Shown here one piece after another: positions 9,657-18,765 of a stretch of DNA of 32,000 nt. The stretch spans positions 3,840,001 through 3,872,000 of the forward strand of contig NC_014148.1 of the NCBI RefSeq assembly GCF_000092105.1, given 5' to 3'. The stretch is from Planctopirus limnophila DSM 3776 (lineage in GTDB: Bacteria > Planctomycetota > Planctomycetia > Planctomycetales > Planctomycetaceae). Numbering within the stretch: the stretch's first letter is position 1; every line of letters starts with the position of its first letter. A model generated the notes under the pieces. That model did not search any database, was not told the DNA's origin, and saw only the letters and a list, made by a program, of their open reading frames with translations. The position numbers and the translations under genes are program-made.

Positions 9657-10676
9657 ATGACAAAATCTGTACGAGCCTATGCCGCCAAAAGTCCGAATGC
9701 GCCGCTTGAAATGATGGAATTCCAATGGGGGGAGTTGCCCCCTGGACAAGTCGAAGTTCAGGTCGAGTCTTGCGGCATTTGCCACTCGGATCTTTCGATG
9801 CTCCACAATGAATGGGGGATGACGCAGTTTCCGTTTGTTGGCGGTCATGAAGCGATTGGGAAAATCGTCGCTGTCGGTGAAGGTGTCGATATAACGAGAA
9901 TCGGGCAGCGTGTCGGGGTGGGCTGGACATCTCAAAGTTGTATGACCTGCTCCACCTGCATGAGTGGCGATCACAATATGTGTGCCACAGCCGAAGGGAC
10001 CATTGTGGGTCGGCACGGCGGGTTCGCCGAACGAGTGCGCTGCCAGGCCCAGTGGGCTCTTCCACTGCCAGAAGCACTGGATCCACTGACCTCCGGGCCG
10101 CTCTTTTGCGGTGGAATTACAGTATTCAATCCCTTAATTCAGTTTGGCATTCAACCAACCGCCCGCGTGGGAGTGGTCGGAATCGGTGGCCTGGGGCACA
10201 TGGCACTCAAATTCGCGCGGGCCTGGGGCTGCGAAGTGGTCGCTTTCACCTCCAGCGATTCCAAGCGTGATGAGGCCATGCAGCTGGGCGCTCACCGCGT
10301 GCTGAATTCTCGTGACGACGCCGCTCTCGCTCCACATTTCGGAACATTTGATCTGATCATTTCGACGGTCAACGTCTCTTTGAATTGGCCACTTTATATT
10401 AATCTGCTCGCCCCTCGCGGCCGGTTGCACACCGTCGGTGCAATAGCGGAACCTGTTGCTCTGATTGCGTTTCCGATGATTATGGGCCAGAAATCCTTCT
10501 CAGGTTCCCCCACCGGCAGCCCGGTCTCCATGGCCAAAATGTTGAGTTTCTGCGAGCGGCACCAGATCGCTCCGGTCACGGAAGCATTCCCTCTCAGTGA
10601 GATCAACCAAGCGTTTGATCATCTGAAATCGGGACAGGCCCGCTACCGGATTGTGCTGGAGAGCGACTGGAAATAG
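9657..10676 (+). CDS. zinc-dependent NAD(P) alcohol dehydrogenase (YahK/AdhA-like, MDR family)
   Basis: CGICHSDLSMLHNEWG and GGHEAIGKIVAVGEGV zinc-ligand motifs, the structural zinc Cys cluster CMTCSTCMSGDHNMC, and the GVVGIGGLGHMA Rossmann motif. Confidence 0.9.
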   Translation: MTKSVRAYAAKSPNAPLEMMEFQWGELPPGQVEVQVESCGICHSDLSMLHNEWGMTQFPFVGGHEAIGKIVAVGEGVDITRIGQRVGVGWTSQSCMTCSTCMSGDHNMCATAEGTIVGRHGGFAERVRCQAQWALPLPEALDPLTSGPLFCGGITVFNPLIQFGIQPTARVGVVGIGGLGHMALKFARAWGCEVVAFTSSDSKRDEAMQLGAHRVLNSRDDAALAPHFGTFDLIISTVNVSLNWPLYINLLAPRGRLHTVGAIAEPVALIAFPMIMGQKSFSGSPTGSPVSMAKMLSFCERHQIAPVTEAFPLSEINQAFDHLKSGQARYRIVLESDWK

Positions 10677-10718
10677 ATACAAACCGATTCACAGCATAGT
10701 TTTATGTTATTTCCACAC

Positions 10719-10760
10719 AGAGCCCGGCACAACGACCAGCATTTGTGCCGGGCTCTTCAT
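10719..10760 (+). terminator. hairpin terminator downstream of the alcohol dehydrogenase
   Basis: Perfect 13-bp stem GAGCCCGGCACAA (10719-10731) / TTGTGCCGGGCTC (10742-10754) with a 10-nt loop, followed by a weak T-containing tail (TTCATT). Confidence 0.6.
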
Positions 10761-11262
10761 TAAGTCGTCGATCGTTTTGCTGACCGCCGTTTGCTGTTTT
10801 TGCAAAAGTGGTCATTTCTGCCTGTAAACAGCCCTAAAGCACTACGATGGGCAGGTCATCGGCTGAAAACGCCGAAAACGATTCAGTCCTGAAATTTCGG
10901 ATTGAAAGAATCCTGAATTTTGGGCTTGATCCGGCCTGATTGCCGTTGCCCGTTTCTTTTCGATCTCGCTAAAACGCCAACGTTGATTGTTCCTGCCATG
11001 GTGATTCGCCCCAGGCGATGAACCGGCGGCAGTGACTCTCAACAACTTGCCTTCTGCCATCTCTTGCCTGCCTGGATCTCCGATCCATGGAACCCGGCCT
11101 TCAGGTTCCTGCCTTTCGAATGCTTTTCCGATCTTTCAGTTTTCACTCCCGTCCCGATCACGACCCTTCCAGTCAAAAGTCGAGTTCCTCTTCTTCAACT
11201 GGATGAGTCTTTCCGATCTCACCTGTTCGCGCCTGCCCTTCGCCACCATCTGAGGTGTCTCG

Positions 11263-14200
11263 ATGTCTCATTTTGCGCGCCGATTGTTCGCCCATGCGAT
11301 CCAGCATCGTACTCGCTGGCTTTCGGCTGGATTATGCCTGACGGCTGCTTCCTCACTGCCTGTGGAATACGAAAACACTGTGCAGGCGCAGGACTGGCTG
11401 GCCGATTCGACCATCAATGTCGGATCGTCACTGTATGAAGGTGGCACTTCAACGCAGCAAGGCCAGGCCTTAGGAACTGCCTTCCGCGTCGGGCACTTCA
11501 CAGGTCCGTGGATTGGACGCGAAGATTCCATCACTCCTGTCGAATTAATGCCCTACGGCTTTATCGAAAACTTCATGCTCTTCGGTGATCTTCGCGGCTT
11601 CCGCTCGAATTCGGATCGCTATGGAGCCAACGTCGGTGGTGGTGCCCGCTACTACCTGGAAAACTACGACCGAATTATCGGTGCGAACGCTTATTTTGAT
11701 TACGACGAAACCAGTGGTGCTCCCTTCCGTGATGTCGGCTTCGGTATTGAAACGTTAGGCCGCTACTGGGATGCACGAGTCAACGCCTACTTCCCCGTAG
11801 GCCCTACAGAGCAGCTCCTCAGCCAAAGCGTCGTCACTGGCAGTCAGCGATTCCAGGATACTCGGATTCTCTTTGACCGCGAGCGAATTGTCGGTCTCGC
11901 CCCCAAAGGTTTCGATGCCGAATTCGGCATGCCGTTATTCTTCAACAGCTTCTTCGAGCGGCACGATCTCCGCGCTTTTGGCGGTTTCTACCATTATCAG
12001 TCAGAAAATCTGCCCACTCTCTGGGGTTGGAAGGGACGACTCGCTGCCGATGTCATCCCCAGCATTAACGTCGGCCTTGAAGTTGCTCATGACCAGGTCT
12101 TCAAGACAAACGTCGCGTTCAATGTCCAATGGACATTTGGTGGCTTCCGCCAGGGCGAAAGCGAACGGATCACTCAGATCAATCGCATGACCACACCTGT
12201 CCGCCGCAGCTACAACGTGGTGGTGGCCCAGAATCGCGTGGTCGATGAAGATGTTGTCGCGATCAACCCGGCCACTGGCAACCCCTACAACGTACAACAC
12301 GTGGCCAGCTTCGCCACAGGCCTTGAAGACGGTACCGTCGAGAATCCCTGGAATACCATCCAGGAAGCTCAAGGAATTGTGGGTGAAGATATCGTCTTCG
12401 TTCATGCCGACAGCGTGTTTGATAATCCCGGCACCATCAATCTCGAATCCGGTGTTCGAGTTCTCGGCGAAGGAAATGGTGTTAACCACCTCGTGAATGT
12501 TCAGGGGCTGGGGAACATCCTTTTGCCACGGGCCACCGCCGGTGTGAATCGCCCACTGATCCAGAACACCGTTGGTAATGGTGTCGTACTGGCTGCGAAT
12601 TCAGAATTCAGCGGCTTTGTCGTCGATAACCCAAGTGCCTTTGGCATCTTTGGGACAGGCGATCTCGGCCTGTCATTCATTCGCAACACCTCGGTTTCCA
12701 GCAGTGGTTCAGCCGGAATTTCTCTCAACAATACTCAAGGTGCATTGAGTATTCAGAACTCGACCATCTCCGATCCTGATGGCAATGCCAACGCTCTGGA
12801 AATCATTGGTGGAAACTCGACCGTTACCTTTACCGGGAACTCCAGCTCAACCGCCTCCGATATCACCAGTACCGGTGGTGCCGCACTGCTCGTTCAAGGC
12901 ATGACGGGTGGATCTGTCAACCTGACTGGCTCGCAGATCTCGAATGATGCGGGCCTGGGGATCCAGATTCAGAACAACGCCAGCATTGTGACCGTCGATA
13001 CTGCCACAATTTCCAATGCCACCGGCAATGCAGTACTCGTCAACAATACCTCCCGGAATGTGACCTTCCGTGGCCCGCTCACTATTTCGAATGCGGGCGA
13101 CGACTCCATTCTTATTCAGAATACAGCGGCAGGCTCAACAGTTTCATTCTCTGATCTGTCAAATACGACCGGCGTCACGATCAGTGGTCGCGGCGGACAG
13201 GGGGTGAACATCAACAATAATGCGGGCAACGTCAACTTCTTCAGCCCGCTGAGCATTGCCGGTCTGGGTGGAGTGGGTGATGCCGCCATCGACTTCCAGA
13301 ATAACTCCGGCAGTGCCTTGTTCCAGAACATTACGATTCAAGACAGTGCGGGCGATGGTATCCGGATTGGTGAAACCGCACTGGGAAGTAATAACACAGG
13401 AACCTTTACTGTCACTGGGATCACCAGTATCACCGGGAACATCGCACAAAACGGTATTGCCATTACCGATGACAGTGCTGTTGTCACTTTCGGGAATGCC
13501 GCCACAACCACCGGGATCAACGGTCGCGGGTTGGCAGGCATCAGCGTCATTGACAACAACGCCAATGTTAACTTTCTGGGAACCACCAGCATTGGTAACC
13601 CTGGCGGAAGCACCAGCCCAGCCATTGATCTGCAGGATAACGACAACGCGAATATTGTTTTTGGTAACGTGATTGTTACTGATGCGACCGGGCCGGCTGG
13701 CCAGGGTGCCGGTGCCAACATCATCGGCAATGCTTCGAATATCTCCTTTAACTCACTCAGCGTCACAACCATCGACGGTATCGGCCTCTTCGTTCGCGAT
13801 TCACAAAGCCTCACGATTGCCGATGGCTTTATCGACTCCACATTCGCTACGACAGGTCGCTCGGCCATCGATATTGAAGACTCGGGCTACGTCATCACGC
13901 TCGATGGAGCTTCGGCCGACACACCCACCGGGGCTGGTATCCGGCTGGTCGACAACACGGGGATCAACGGGACTGGCAATGCTCAGTTCGTGATCACCGG
14001 CACCGATGTCGCCCGCGACGGGGGTACCATCCAGAATGGTAACGCAGATGGTGTCTTCGCGGTGAACTCCGGTGGAGTCAGCCTCACCGGGATGACCATC
14101 AACGACAATCTCGGCCGTGGTGTGTTCGCCAGCAATCTGCGACAGCTCAATGTCTTTGGCAGCACCACAGCAGGTGACATTTTTGCCAACGGCTTCTCAG

Positions 14201-15177
14201 GCGTCGAAACTCTCAATGTGGATGTTGTCCAGATTGCCGACATGACCTTCACCAACAACGGCGCTGTCAATACGGACAATCCGGAAATCCTGCTCCGGGC
14301 GAATGCACTCTCGCAAACGACTCCCACCGGACAGACCAGCACTGGTTACCAATGGCTGATTCAACGCAACGTGATCACCGAGAACGGTGTTGACGCGGTC
14401 CGCCTTCAGTCGGAAAACACCAACGTCGGCACTCTGTTCCTGACAGTGGGTGGCCCGAACAATAGCGATCTGGTGAACTTCCTGCCTGGAGCAGCCACGA
14501 GCGATGGCAATACGATCGTACTCAATTCCATCACCCCGGGTGCAGCTGGTGTCAACGTTCAGTGGAACAATGCTCTCTCGGCTGCTGCTCAGTGGAACCT
14601 GATCACGATCACAGGTGCCAACAACGGTGCCGAGCGGATCGGGATGCGGTTTGCCACCACCAATACCCTTCAGCCACATGTAATCAACGTTCTCGACAAC
14701 ACCATCAATTCGACACGCGAGAACTCGACTGGCTTTGAATTCTCTCAAGCCGGAATTCTCAACGCGATTATTGCCCGTAATAACGTGAACTTTAATACGC
14801 CGGATGTCTTCGTCGACTTCAACCGGGCGATGCGATTCAACATCGGCAACAACTCGGTCGTCGATCTCACAGACAACGTGACCCTCGATGCCGATGATGG
14901 ATCACAAGGCTTCGTGTTTGAAACCGTGGGCAGTGGCAGCACCTTCTTCATTGCCCGCAACGATCTGACCTTTACCAATAACTTCTTCGGATTCTTTGAA
15001 GAAGGGATCGTCTTTGAAACAGTCACCGGAACTGTCAACTTCATCGGCGGTGCCGATATCACAACCAATAACCTGGTCAACTTCACCGGAACCACAGGTA
15101 CAGGCACTGCCTTCCAGTTCCTCTCGGGAACATCGACTGGCTCACTCCGTGTCAACGGAGTTCAAATCTTCCCATAA
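11263..15177 (+). CDS. large surface protein: inverse-autotransporter (intimin/invasin-type) beta-barrel domain plus a long parallel beta-helix passenger
   Basis: Signal-like N-terminus. Residues about 60-300 follow the IAT-barrel pattern (GANVGGGARYY..IGANAYFDYDE....RDVGFGIETLGRYWDARVNAYFPVG ... KGFDAEFGMPL ... FGGFYHYQ ... GWKGRLAADV). The remaining roughly 1000 aa are degenerate G/N/T/S/I-rich beta-helix-type repeats (GNAVLVNN, GLGIQIQNN, GDGIRIGE, GRGVFASN). A GAGGTG Shine-Dalgarno sits 8 nt upstream. Confidence 0.8.
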   Translation: MSHFARRLFAHAIQHRTRWLSAGLCLTAASSLPVEYENTVQAQDWLADSTINVGSSLYEGGTSTQQGQALGTAFRVGHFTGPWIGREDSITPVELMPYGFIENFMLFGDLRGFRSNSDRYGANVGGGARYYLENYDRIIGANAYFDYDETSGAPFRDVGFGIETLGRYWDARVNAYFPVGPTEQLLSQSVVTGSQRFQDTRILFDRERIVGLAPKGFDAEFGMPLFFNSFFERHDLRAFGGFYHYQSENLPTLWGWKGRLAADVIPSINVGLEVAHDQVFKTNVAFNVQWTFGGFRQGESERITQINRMTTPVRRSYNVVVAQNRVVDEDVVAINPATGNPYNVQHVASFATGLEDGTVENPWNTIQEAQGIVGEDIVFVHADSVFDNPGTINLESGVRVLGEGNGVNHLVNVQGLGNILLPRATAGVNRPLIQNTVGNGVVLAANSEFSGFVVDNPSAFGIFGTGDLGLSFIRNTSVSSSGSAGISLNNTQGALSIQNSTISDPDGNANALEIIGGNSTVTFTGNSSSTASDITSTGGAALLVQGMTGGSVNLTGSQISNDAGLGIQIQNNASIVTVDTATISNATGNAVLVNNTSRNVTFRGPLTISNAGDDSILIQNTAAGSTVSFSDLSNTTGVTISGRGGQGVNINNNAGNVNFFSPLSIAGLGGVGDAAIDFQNNSGSALFQNITIQDSAGDGIRIGETALGSNNTGTFTVTGITSITGNIAQNGIAITDDSAVVTFGNAATTTGINGRGLAGISVIDNNANVNFLGTTSIGNPGGSTSPAIDLQDNDNANIVFGNVIVTDATGPAGQGAGANIIGNASNISFNSLSVTTIDGIGLFVRDSQSLTIADGFIDSTFATTGRSAIDIEDSGYVITLDGASADTPTGAGIRLVDNTGINGTGNAQFVITGTDVARDGGTIQNGNADGVFAVNSGGVSLTGMTINDNLGRGVFASNLRQLNVFGSTTAGDIFANGFSGVETLNVDVVQIADMTFTNNGAVNTDNPEILLRANALSQTTPTGQTSTGYQWLIQRNVITENGVDAVRLQSENTNVGTLFLTVGGPNNSDLVNFLPGAATSDGNTIVLNSITPGAAGVNVQWNNALSAAAQWNLITITGANNGAERIGMRFATTNTLQPHVINVLDNTINSTRENSTGFEFSQAGILNAIIARNNVNFNTPDVFVDFNRAMRFNIGNNSVVDLTDNVTLDADDGSQGFVFETVGSGSTFFIARNDLTFTNNFFGFFEEGIVFETVTGTVNFIGGADITTNNLVNFTGTTGTGTAFQFLSGTSTGSLRVNGVQIFP

Positions 15178-15257
15178 GGCGGGATATCACCTGGCTTTGC
15201 TCAACCTGGCCTCCGATCCTTGTTGAACAAGCTTGATAACGTTCCTGTCGCACCTGG

Positions 15258-15301
15258 CAGCCCTGTGGAAATCCCCCCGATCTCCACAGGGCTGTTTCGT
15301 T
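15258..15301 (+). terminator. rho-independent-type terminator after the surface-protein gene
   Basis: 12-bp stem CAGCCCTGTGGA (15258-15269) / TCCACAGGGCTG (15283-15294) followed by TTTCGTT. Confidence 0.65.
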
Positions 15302-15715
15302 GGTCAAAAGCGCACCACTCGGCAACGCTTACCGATCTCAGGATGACGATCACCTGATGTGCCATGCTTGCGGCCGGGCGCTGTCTTTGATGTGCAACCT
15401 GGGGACATTGACCGTAAGGGTGGCCCGGCCGACTGGTGGCCGGGTTATCGTGCCATTGCACGACAAACAAGAAGCCGCGCCATGCGCGTGCCGCGCTACC
15501 ACTCTTAATTTGGTTTTGGGTGGCACGACCCTGAAGGCTTTGCGGAAGGGCGTGGTCTTTGCGTCCTTCCAAATCACATTTAATGTCACGCCGGGATGGC
15601 AGGGCTCGGATGTTTTCATCCACCCCCTGGTCAAACGAGTTCACCAGCACAATTCCATCCGAAACATACATTCATGACTTTTAACGCTGTTCGTCAAAGA
15701 CGATCAGCGTCCAAC

Positions 15716-15748
15716 GAACTGGGGGCAAACGAGGACGTTTGACCCCAG
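15716..15748. repeat. 33-bp REP-like hairpin element, copy 1
   Basis: GAACTGGGGGCAAACGAGGACGTTTGACCCCAG is the exact reverse complement of 27757-27789. It is internally self-complementary (CTGGGG-CAAACG / CGTTTG-A-CCCCAG). Confidence 0.8.
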
Positions 15749-15864
15749 ACACGCATTCAATGAGCACTCCACCAAAGTTGTGTGCAATAGACAGCGGCCC
15801 GGAGCAAGCATGCAAGTTCGCATCTCTCATATCGCTGTCGATTTCTACGATGCGTCTCACACCC

Positions 15865-15906
15865 AAACAAAAAATGCGACTCCAGGAAGACCTCCCGAAG
15901 TCGCAT
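15865..15906 (-). terminator. rho-independent-type terminator of the Fe-S protein gene
   Basis: On the minus strand, ATGCGACT...AGTCGCAT (15874-15906) forms an 8-bp stem with possible internal extension, followed by TTTTTTGTTT. It lies about 40 nt after the stop at 15945. Confidence 0.7.
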
Positions 15907-15944
15907 GAATTTTTGTCTTGGCAGTGAGAACTGATTCTCAACCA

Positions 15945-16277
15945 CTAAGCGGAGAAGCTGCTGCCACATCCGCAGCTCTTCACAGCATTCGGGTTTTCAA
16001 ACACGAATCCGCGACGATCCAATCCACTGTAGAAGTCGATGGTGGTACCATCCAGATACAACGCACTCTTCTTATCGATAGCAACCTTCACACCATGATA
16101 TTCGATCAGATGGTCGTTGACTGGATCAGCGGCTTCTTCGAAACCAAAGTTATACTTGAAGCCACTGCAGCCGCCGCCGGCGATACCGACTCGAACCAGC
16201 GTGCTCTCACTCATCTGCTGCTCACTGATGATCCGCTGGATTTCCTTAGCGGCACTTTCGGTCAATGTGACTGGCAT
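15945..16277 (-). CDS. iron-sulfur cluster insertion/assembly protein, HesB/IscA/ErpA family
   Basis: [17 protein letters not shown]...[17 protein letters not shown]...[16 protein letters not shown] shows the conserved Cys-X(n)-Cys-Gly-Cys A-type carrier signature. A GAGGAA Shine-Dalgarno lies upstream of the ATG at 16277. Confidence 0.9.
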   Translation of the reverse strand: MPVTLTESAAKEIQRIISEQQMSESTLVRVGIAGGGCSGFKYNFGFEEAADPVNDHLIEYHGVKVAIDKKSALYLDGTTIDFYSGLDRRGFVFENPNAVKSCGCGSSFSA

Positions 16278-16457
16278 GTTCTCATTCCTCAAATAAGGGC
16301 ATCGCTGTTTCACAAGTGAAAGCGAAATTCAATTGCATTATACAACCCGGCGTCACAAGTCAACAAGGGGCATTGCGTGACCTGATGCAGAATGGAAAGT
16401 GGCTTCACCGAACAATCCACCTTCCACAACATTATACACCATCGAGCAATGCGACAA

Positions 16458-17480
16458 TCAACCAGCCTTTTTCAGATTCTCTGGGCGACCTTCTGTCACA
16501 AATCCTTCGTAGACTTTCTGAATCTCTTCAGCCGACGGAATCCCCGTATGAACCCATAAGCCGTACCGCAGCTTGACGGTTTGAGATGCTCCCCTTGCCG
16601 CCAGTACCACGGGTCTTGCCAGCGTCATATCATTCTGATAAGACCCTTCTCCAAAAGGACTTACGGTGAACAGACCATAGTCCCGAACGTGGTATCTGCC
16701 GGGGCGAAAGTTGGCCGAGTCATCGAGAATTGTCACGCCGTAAGTTTTTTCGTTCACCTTTCCGGAGTAATCAATCCACGGCGCTGGCTTGCCCCAGGCC
16801 TCCTTGGTTTTGGTCTTCCCGTTGGCAGTCAGGATTTTTCCTCCCTGCAGTTCCCGCATTGTCTGAGCAATTCGAACAGCGAAAAATCCTTCTTTGGTAT
16901 CTCCCATAACCACATCATCAACCAATGGTTCCAGCAGGATCTCTGCTGCAATCAGGCGGTTCCTGGTGATCGTCCACCGTGTGGTCTCTCGCAGCTGGGC
17001 CTGCCCTTCTCCATTAAGCCACTCATTTTCGAGTCGAATCACCACCTTTTCGCCAGCCGCCTTCTCGATCGTCGCCCCGCGATTCACGATGGGCTCTCTC
17101 TCCATCCAGTGCTTACTGTGATTCACTTCATCGATGCTGATCCACAATCCTTTATGATGCGGATGCTCTTTTTCGCCCGGTTCAATGGGCCGGGTGAGTA
17201 TGGCCCCATCGGCAGCCAGGAGTGGCCAGAAATAGGGCTTTTTCAAATCCTTTCCCAAATGCAAAGTGGTAAAGGGTTGCCCATCAATGGTAATCGCAAT
17301 CTGATCTCCCTCCTGCTGAGCAACGACTCCACCGTCAGCACCAAAAGTCGTGGTCGAGCCCAGCGTCAGACTGCAGATCACTGCGATGCACCAGAGAAAC
17401 TGACCAGCCGTTGGTAAAGCCCTCTTTCCAGTCATCTGTTGGAACGTCATTGCCTTTTCTCCCGGTTGTTCAAAAATCAT
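16458..17480 (-). CDS. secreted PmoA-family / DUF6807-like protein
   Basis: Signal peptide (FLWCIAVICSLTLGSTTTFGA). Family-typical blocks are KKPYFWPLLAADGAILTRP, HPHHKGLWISIDEVN, GDTKEGFFAVRIA, WGKPAPWIDYSG and YHVRDYGLFTVSPFG. The start is ambiguous among 17480, 17450 and 17435. Confidence 0.75.
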   Translation of the reverse strand: MIFEQPGEKAMTFQQMTGKRALPTAGQFLWCIAVICSLTLGSTTTFGADGGVVAQQEGDQIAITIDGQPFTTLHLGKDLKKPYFWPLLAADGAILTRPIEPGEKEHPHHKGLWISIDEVNHSKHWMEREPIVNRGATIEKAAGEKVVIRLENEWLNGEGQAQLRETTRWTITRNRLIAAEILLEPLVDDVVMGDTKEGFFAVRIAQTMRELQGGKILTANGKTKTKEAWGKPAPWIDYSGKVNEKTYGVTILDDSANFRPGRYHVRDYGLFTVSPFGEGSYQNDMTLARPVVLAARGASQTVKLRYGLWVHTGIPSAEEIQKVYEGFVTEGRPENLKKAG

Positions 17481-17671
17481 GGTCGCCCATCATACAGCGG
17501 GACATGGCAGTCCCCATCGGATGCGACAGGCAACCATACCAACCTCAGCCGTCACTTGCCTCAGGAAATGCCCAGCGCGACTACGAAATAGCTACGGGGA
17601 TTGCCACCATTCCCACACCAGTTCAACATAACCAGTTGATTACAGGGGGTTCACTGCGATCCAGCCACAGA

Positions 17672-18643
17672 TCAATCTTTGGAGGAAGCACGTTCGCGCT
17701 CTCTGCGGATTTCAGCCACTTTCAGATGAGTGATTGCCAGATCAAGCAAGCTGAAACCATCCGTGAGCACTGGCGATGGATAATTTTTGAGATCATAGAG
17801 AATCTGTGCCGCCTCATTCGCTCCCCCCGCTTCGAGATCTGTCATCAGCGAAGCCGCCAAAGTCGATTTGGGGTTATGAACGCGAAACTTCAGATCCTGA
17901 TACACAGCATCTCGGGGCGGATACCCAGCCGCCTCAGCAATCGACCGGCATTCCTCAAGAAGTTGTAACGCATAAACACCACCACCAGCCTGCACGATAT
18001 CCCCCACCGTACCCCGCATCAGGCAGTTAATCCCCGCCAGCGTTGCCAGAAAAAACCACTTCTCCCACATCTCAAGCAAGATCTGGCGACTATGAACAGC
18101 AGTGAACTTCGCCTGAGAAAAAATCGGATCGATCACATCCACCCGCTCGGCCTGCCCGGCAAATCGTTCTCCATAAACAAAATCGTGCACATTGCTCAGA
18201 TGCACAATCTCACCAGCAGCGTTTAACCGAGCCGAAATATGGCATTTACCACCCAGCACATGCCGGGGCCCAAACGCTGCATCTAAAGCCTGCAGATGCC
18301 GCATGCCATTGAGCATGGGAATAATGAGCGTCTCAGCCCCAACAGCTGGTCGAATATCAGCAATCGACTGTTCCAGGTCATAAGCTTTGCAGGTCAAAAT
18401 CACGAGATCAAATCGTGCGGCAGGCTCACCCCGCTCTGCCATAACACGAAGCTCGCTCGCCGTCAGACATGCAGGTGCCGGGAGAAACGCATTCCCGAAG
18501 GAACTGGTGATCGCCAAACCGGCTTGAGCCAGCTTCTGTGCTCGCGCCGGCCGGACCAGAAAGGTCACATCCTGCCCCGCTTCAAGCAGCCGCCCACCAA
18601 AATACCCACCCACAGCCCCCGCACCCAAAACCAGAACTCGCAT
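17672..18643 (-). CDS. panE: 2-dehydropantoate 2-reductase family (ApbA/PanE) oxidoreductase
   Basis: MRVLVLGAGAVGGYFGGRLLEAGQDVTFLVR has the Rossmann GxGxxG motif, and length and organisation are typical of ketopantoate reductases. Whether it is the true PanE or a paralog cannot be decided from sequence alone. Confidence 0.75.
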   Translation of the reverse strand: MRVLVLGAGAVGGYFGGRLLEAGQDVTFLVRPARAQKLAQAGLAITSSFGNAFLPAPACLTASELRVMAERGEPAARFDLVILTCKAYDLEQSIADIRPAVGAETLIIPMLNGMRHLQALDAAFGPRHVLGGKCHISARLNAAGEIVHLSNVHDFVYGERFAGQAERVDVIDPIFSQAKFTAVHSRQILLEMWEKWFFLATLAGINCLMRGTVGDIVQAGGGVYALQLLEECRSIAEAAGYPPRDAVYQDLKFRVHNPKSTLAASLMTDLEAGGANEAAQILYDLKNYPSPVLTDGFSLLDLAITHLKVAEIRRERERASSKD

Positions 18644-18765
18644 GGATTAACTAGCCTCAACCAGAATCTTTTCTTCATCCGCTCTATCTGACGATGATCG
18701 ATTCCCAGCGATCATTCAACACGAGGCAGAACTTTCGTCTAACATAACCGAACGATGAAACTGAT

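Noticed and set aside
12001-14748. Several 100-180-aa ORFs on both strands inside the 1304-aa surface-protein gene
   Set aside because: They are nested in a single uninterrupted 3.9-kb frame with coherent barrel-plus-repeat architecture. Repetitive G/N/T-rich coding tends to leave other frames open.
15201-15677. ORFs 15201..15671 (-, 156 aa), 15300..15677 (+, 125 aa) and 15350..15634 (-, 94 aa) as real genes
   Set aside because: Three mutually overlapping frames are open. None has a convincing ribosome-binding site, motif or domain-like composition. The minus ORF would have to read through the terminator hairpin of the neighbouring gene. I kept this as an open question in the findings rather than calling a CDS.
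15300-15700. RNase P RNA, tmRNA, SRP RNA or cobalamin riboswitch in the GC-rich structured stretch
   Set aside because: I looked for the hallmark strings on both strands and found none: GGAAAGTCCGGGC-type P4 for RNase P, GGGG...TCCACCA ends for tmRNA, the SRP GGAA tetraloop region, and the GCCACTG B12 box.
16581-17417. 278-aa plus-strand ORF overlapping the PmoA-family gene
   Set aside because: The minus frame matches the DUF6807/PmoA signature blocks and has a signal peptide. The plus-strand product has no recognisable features.
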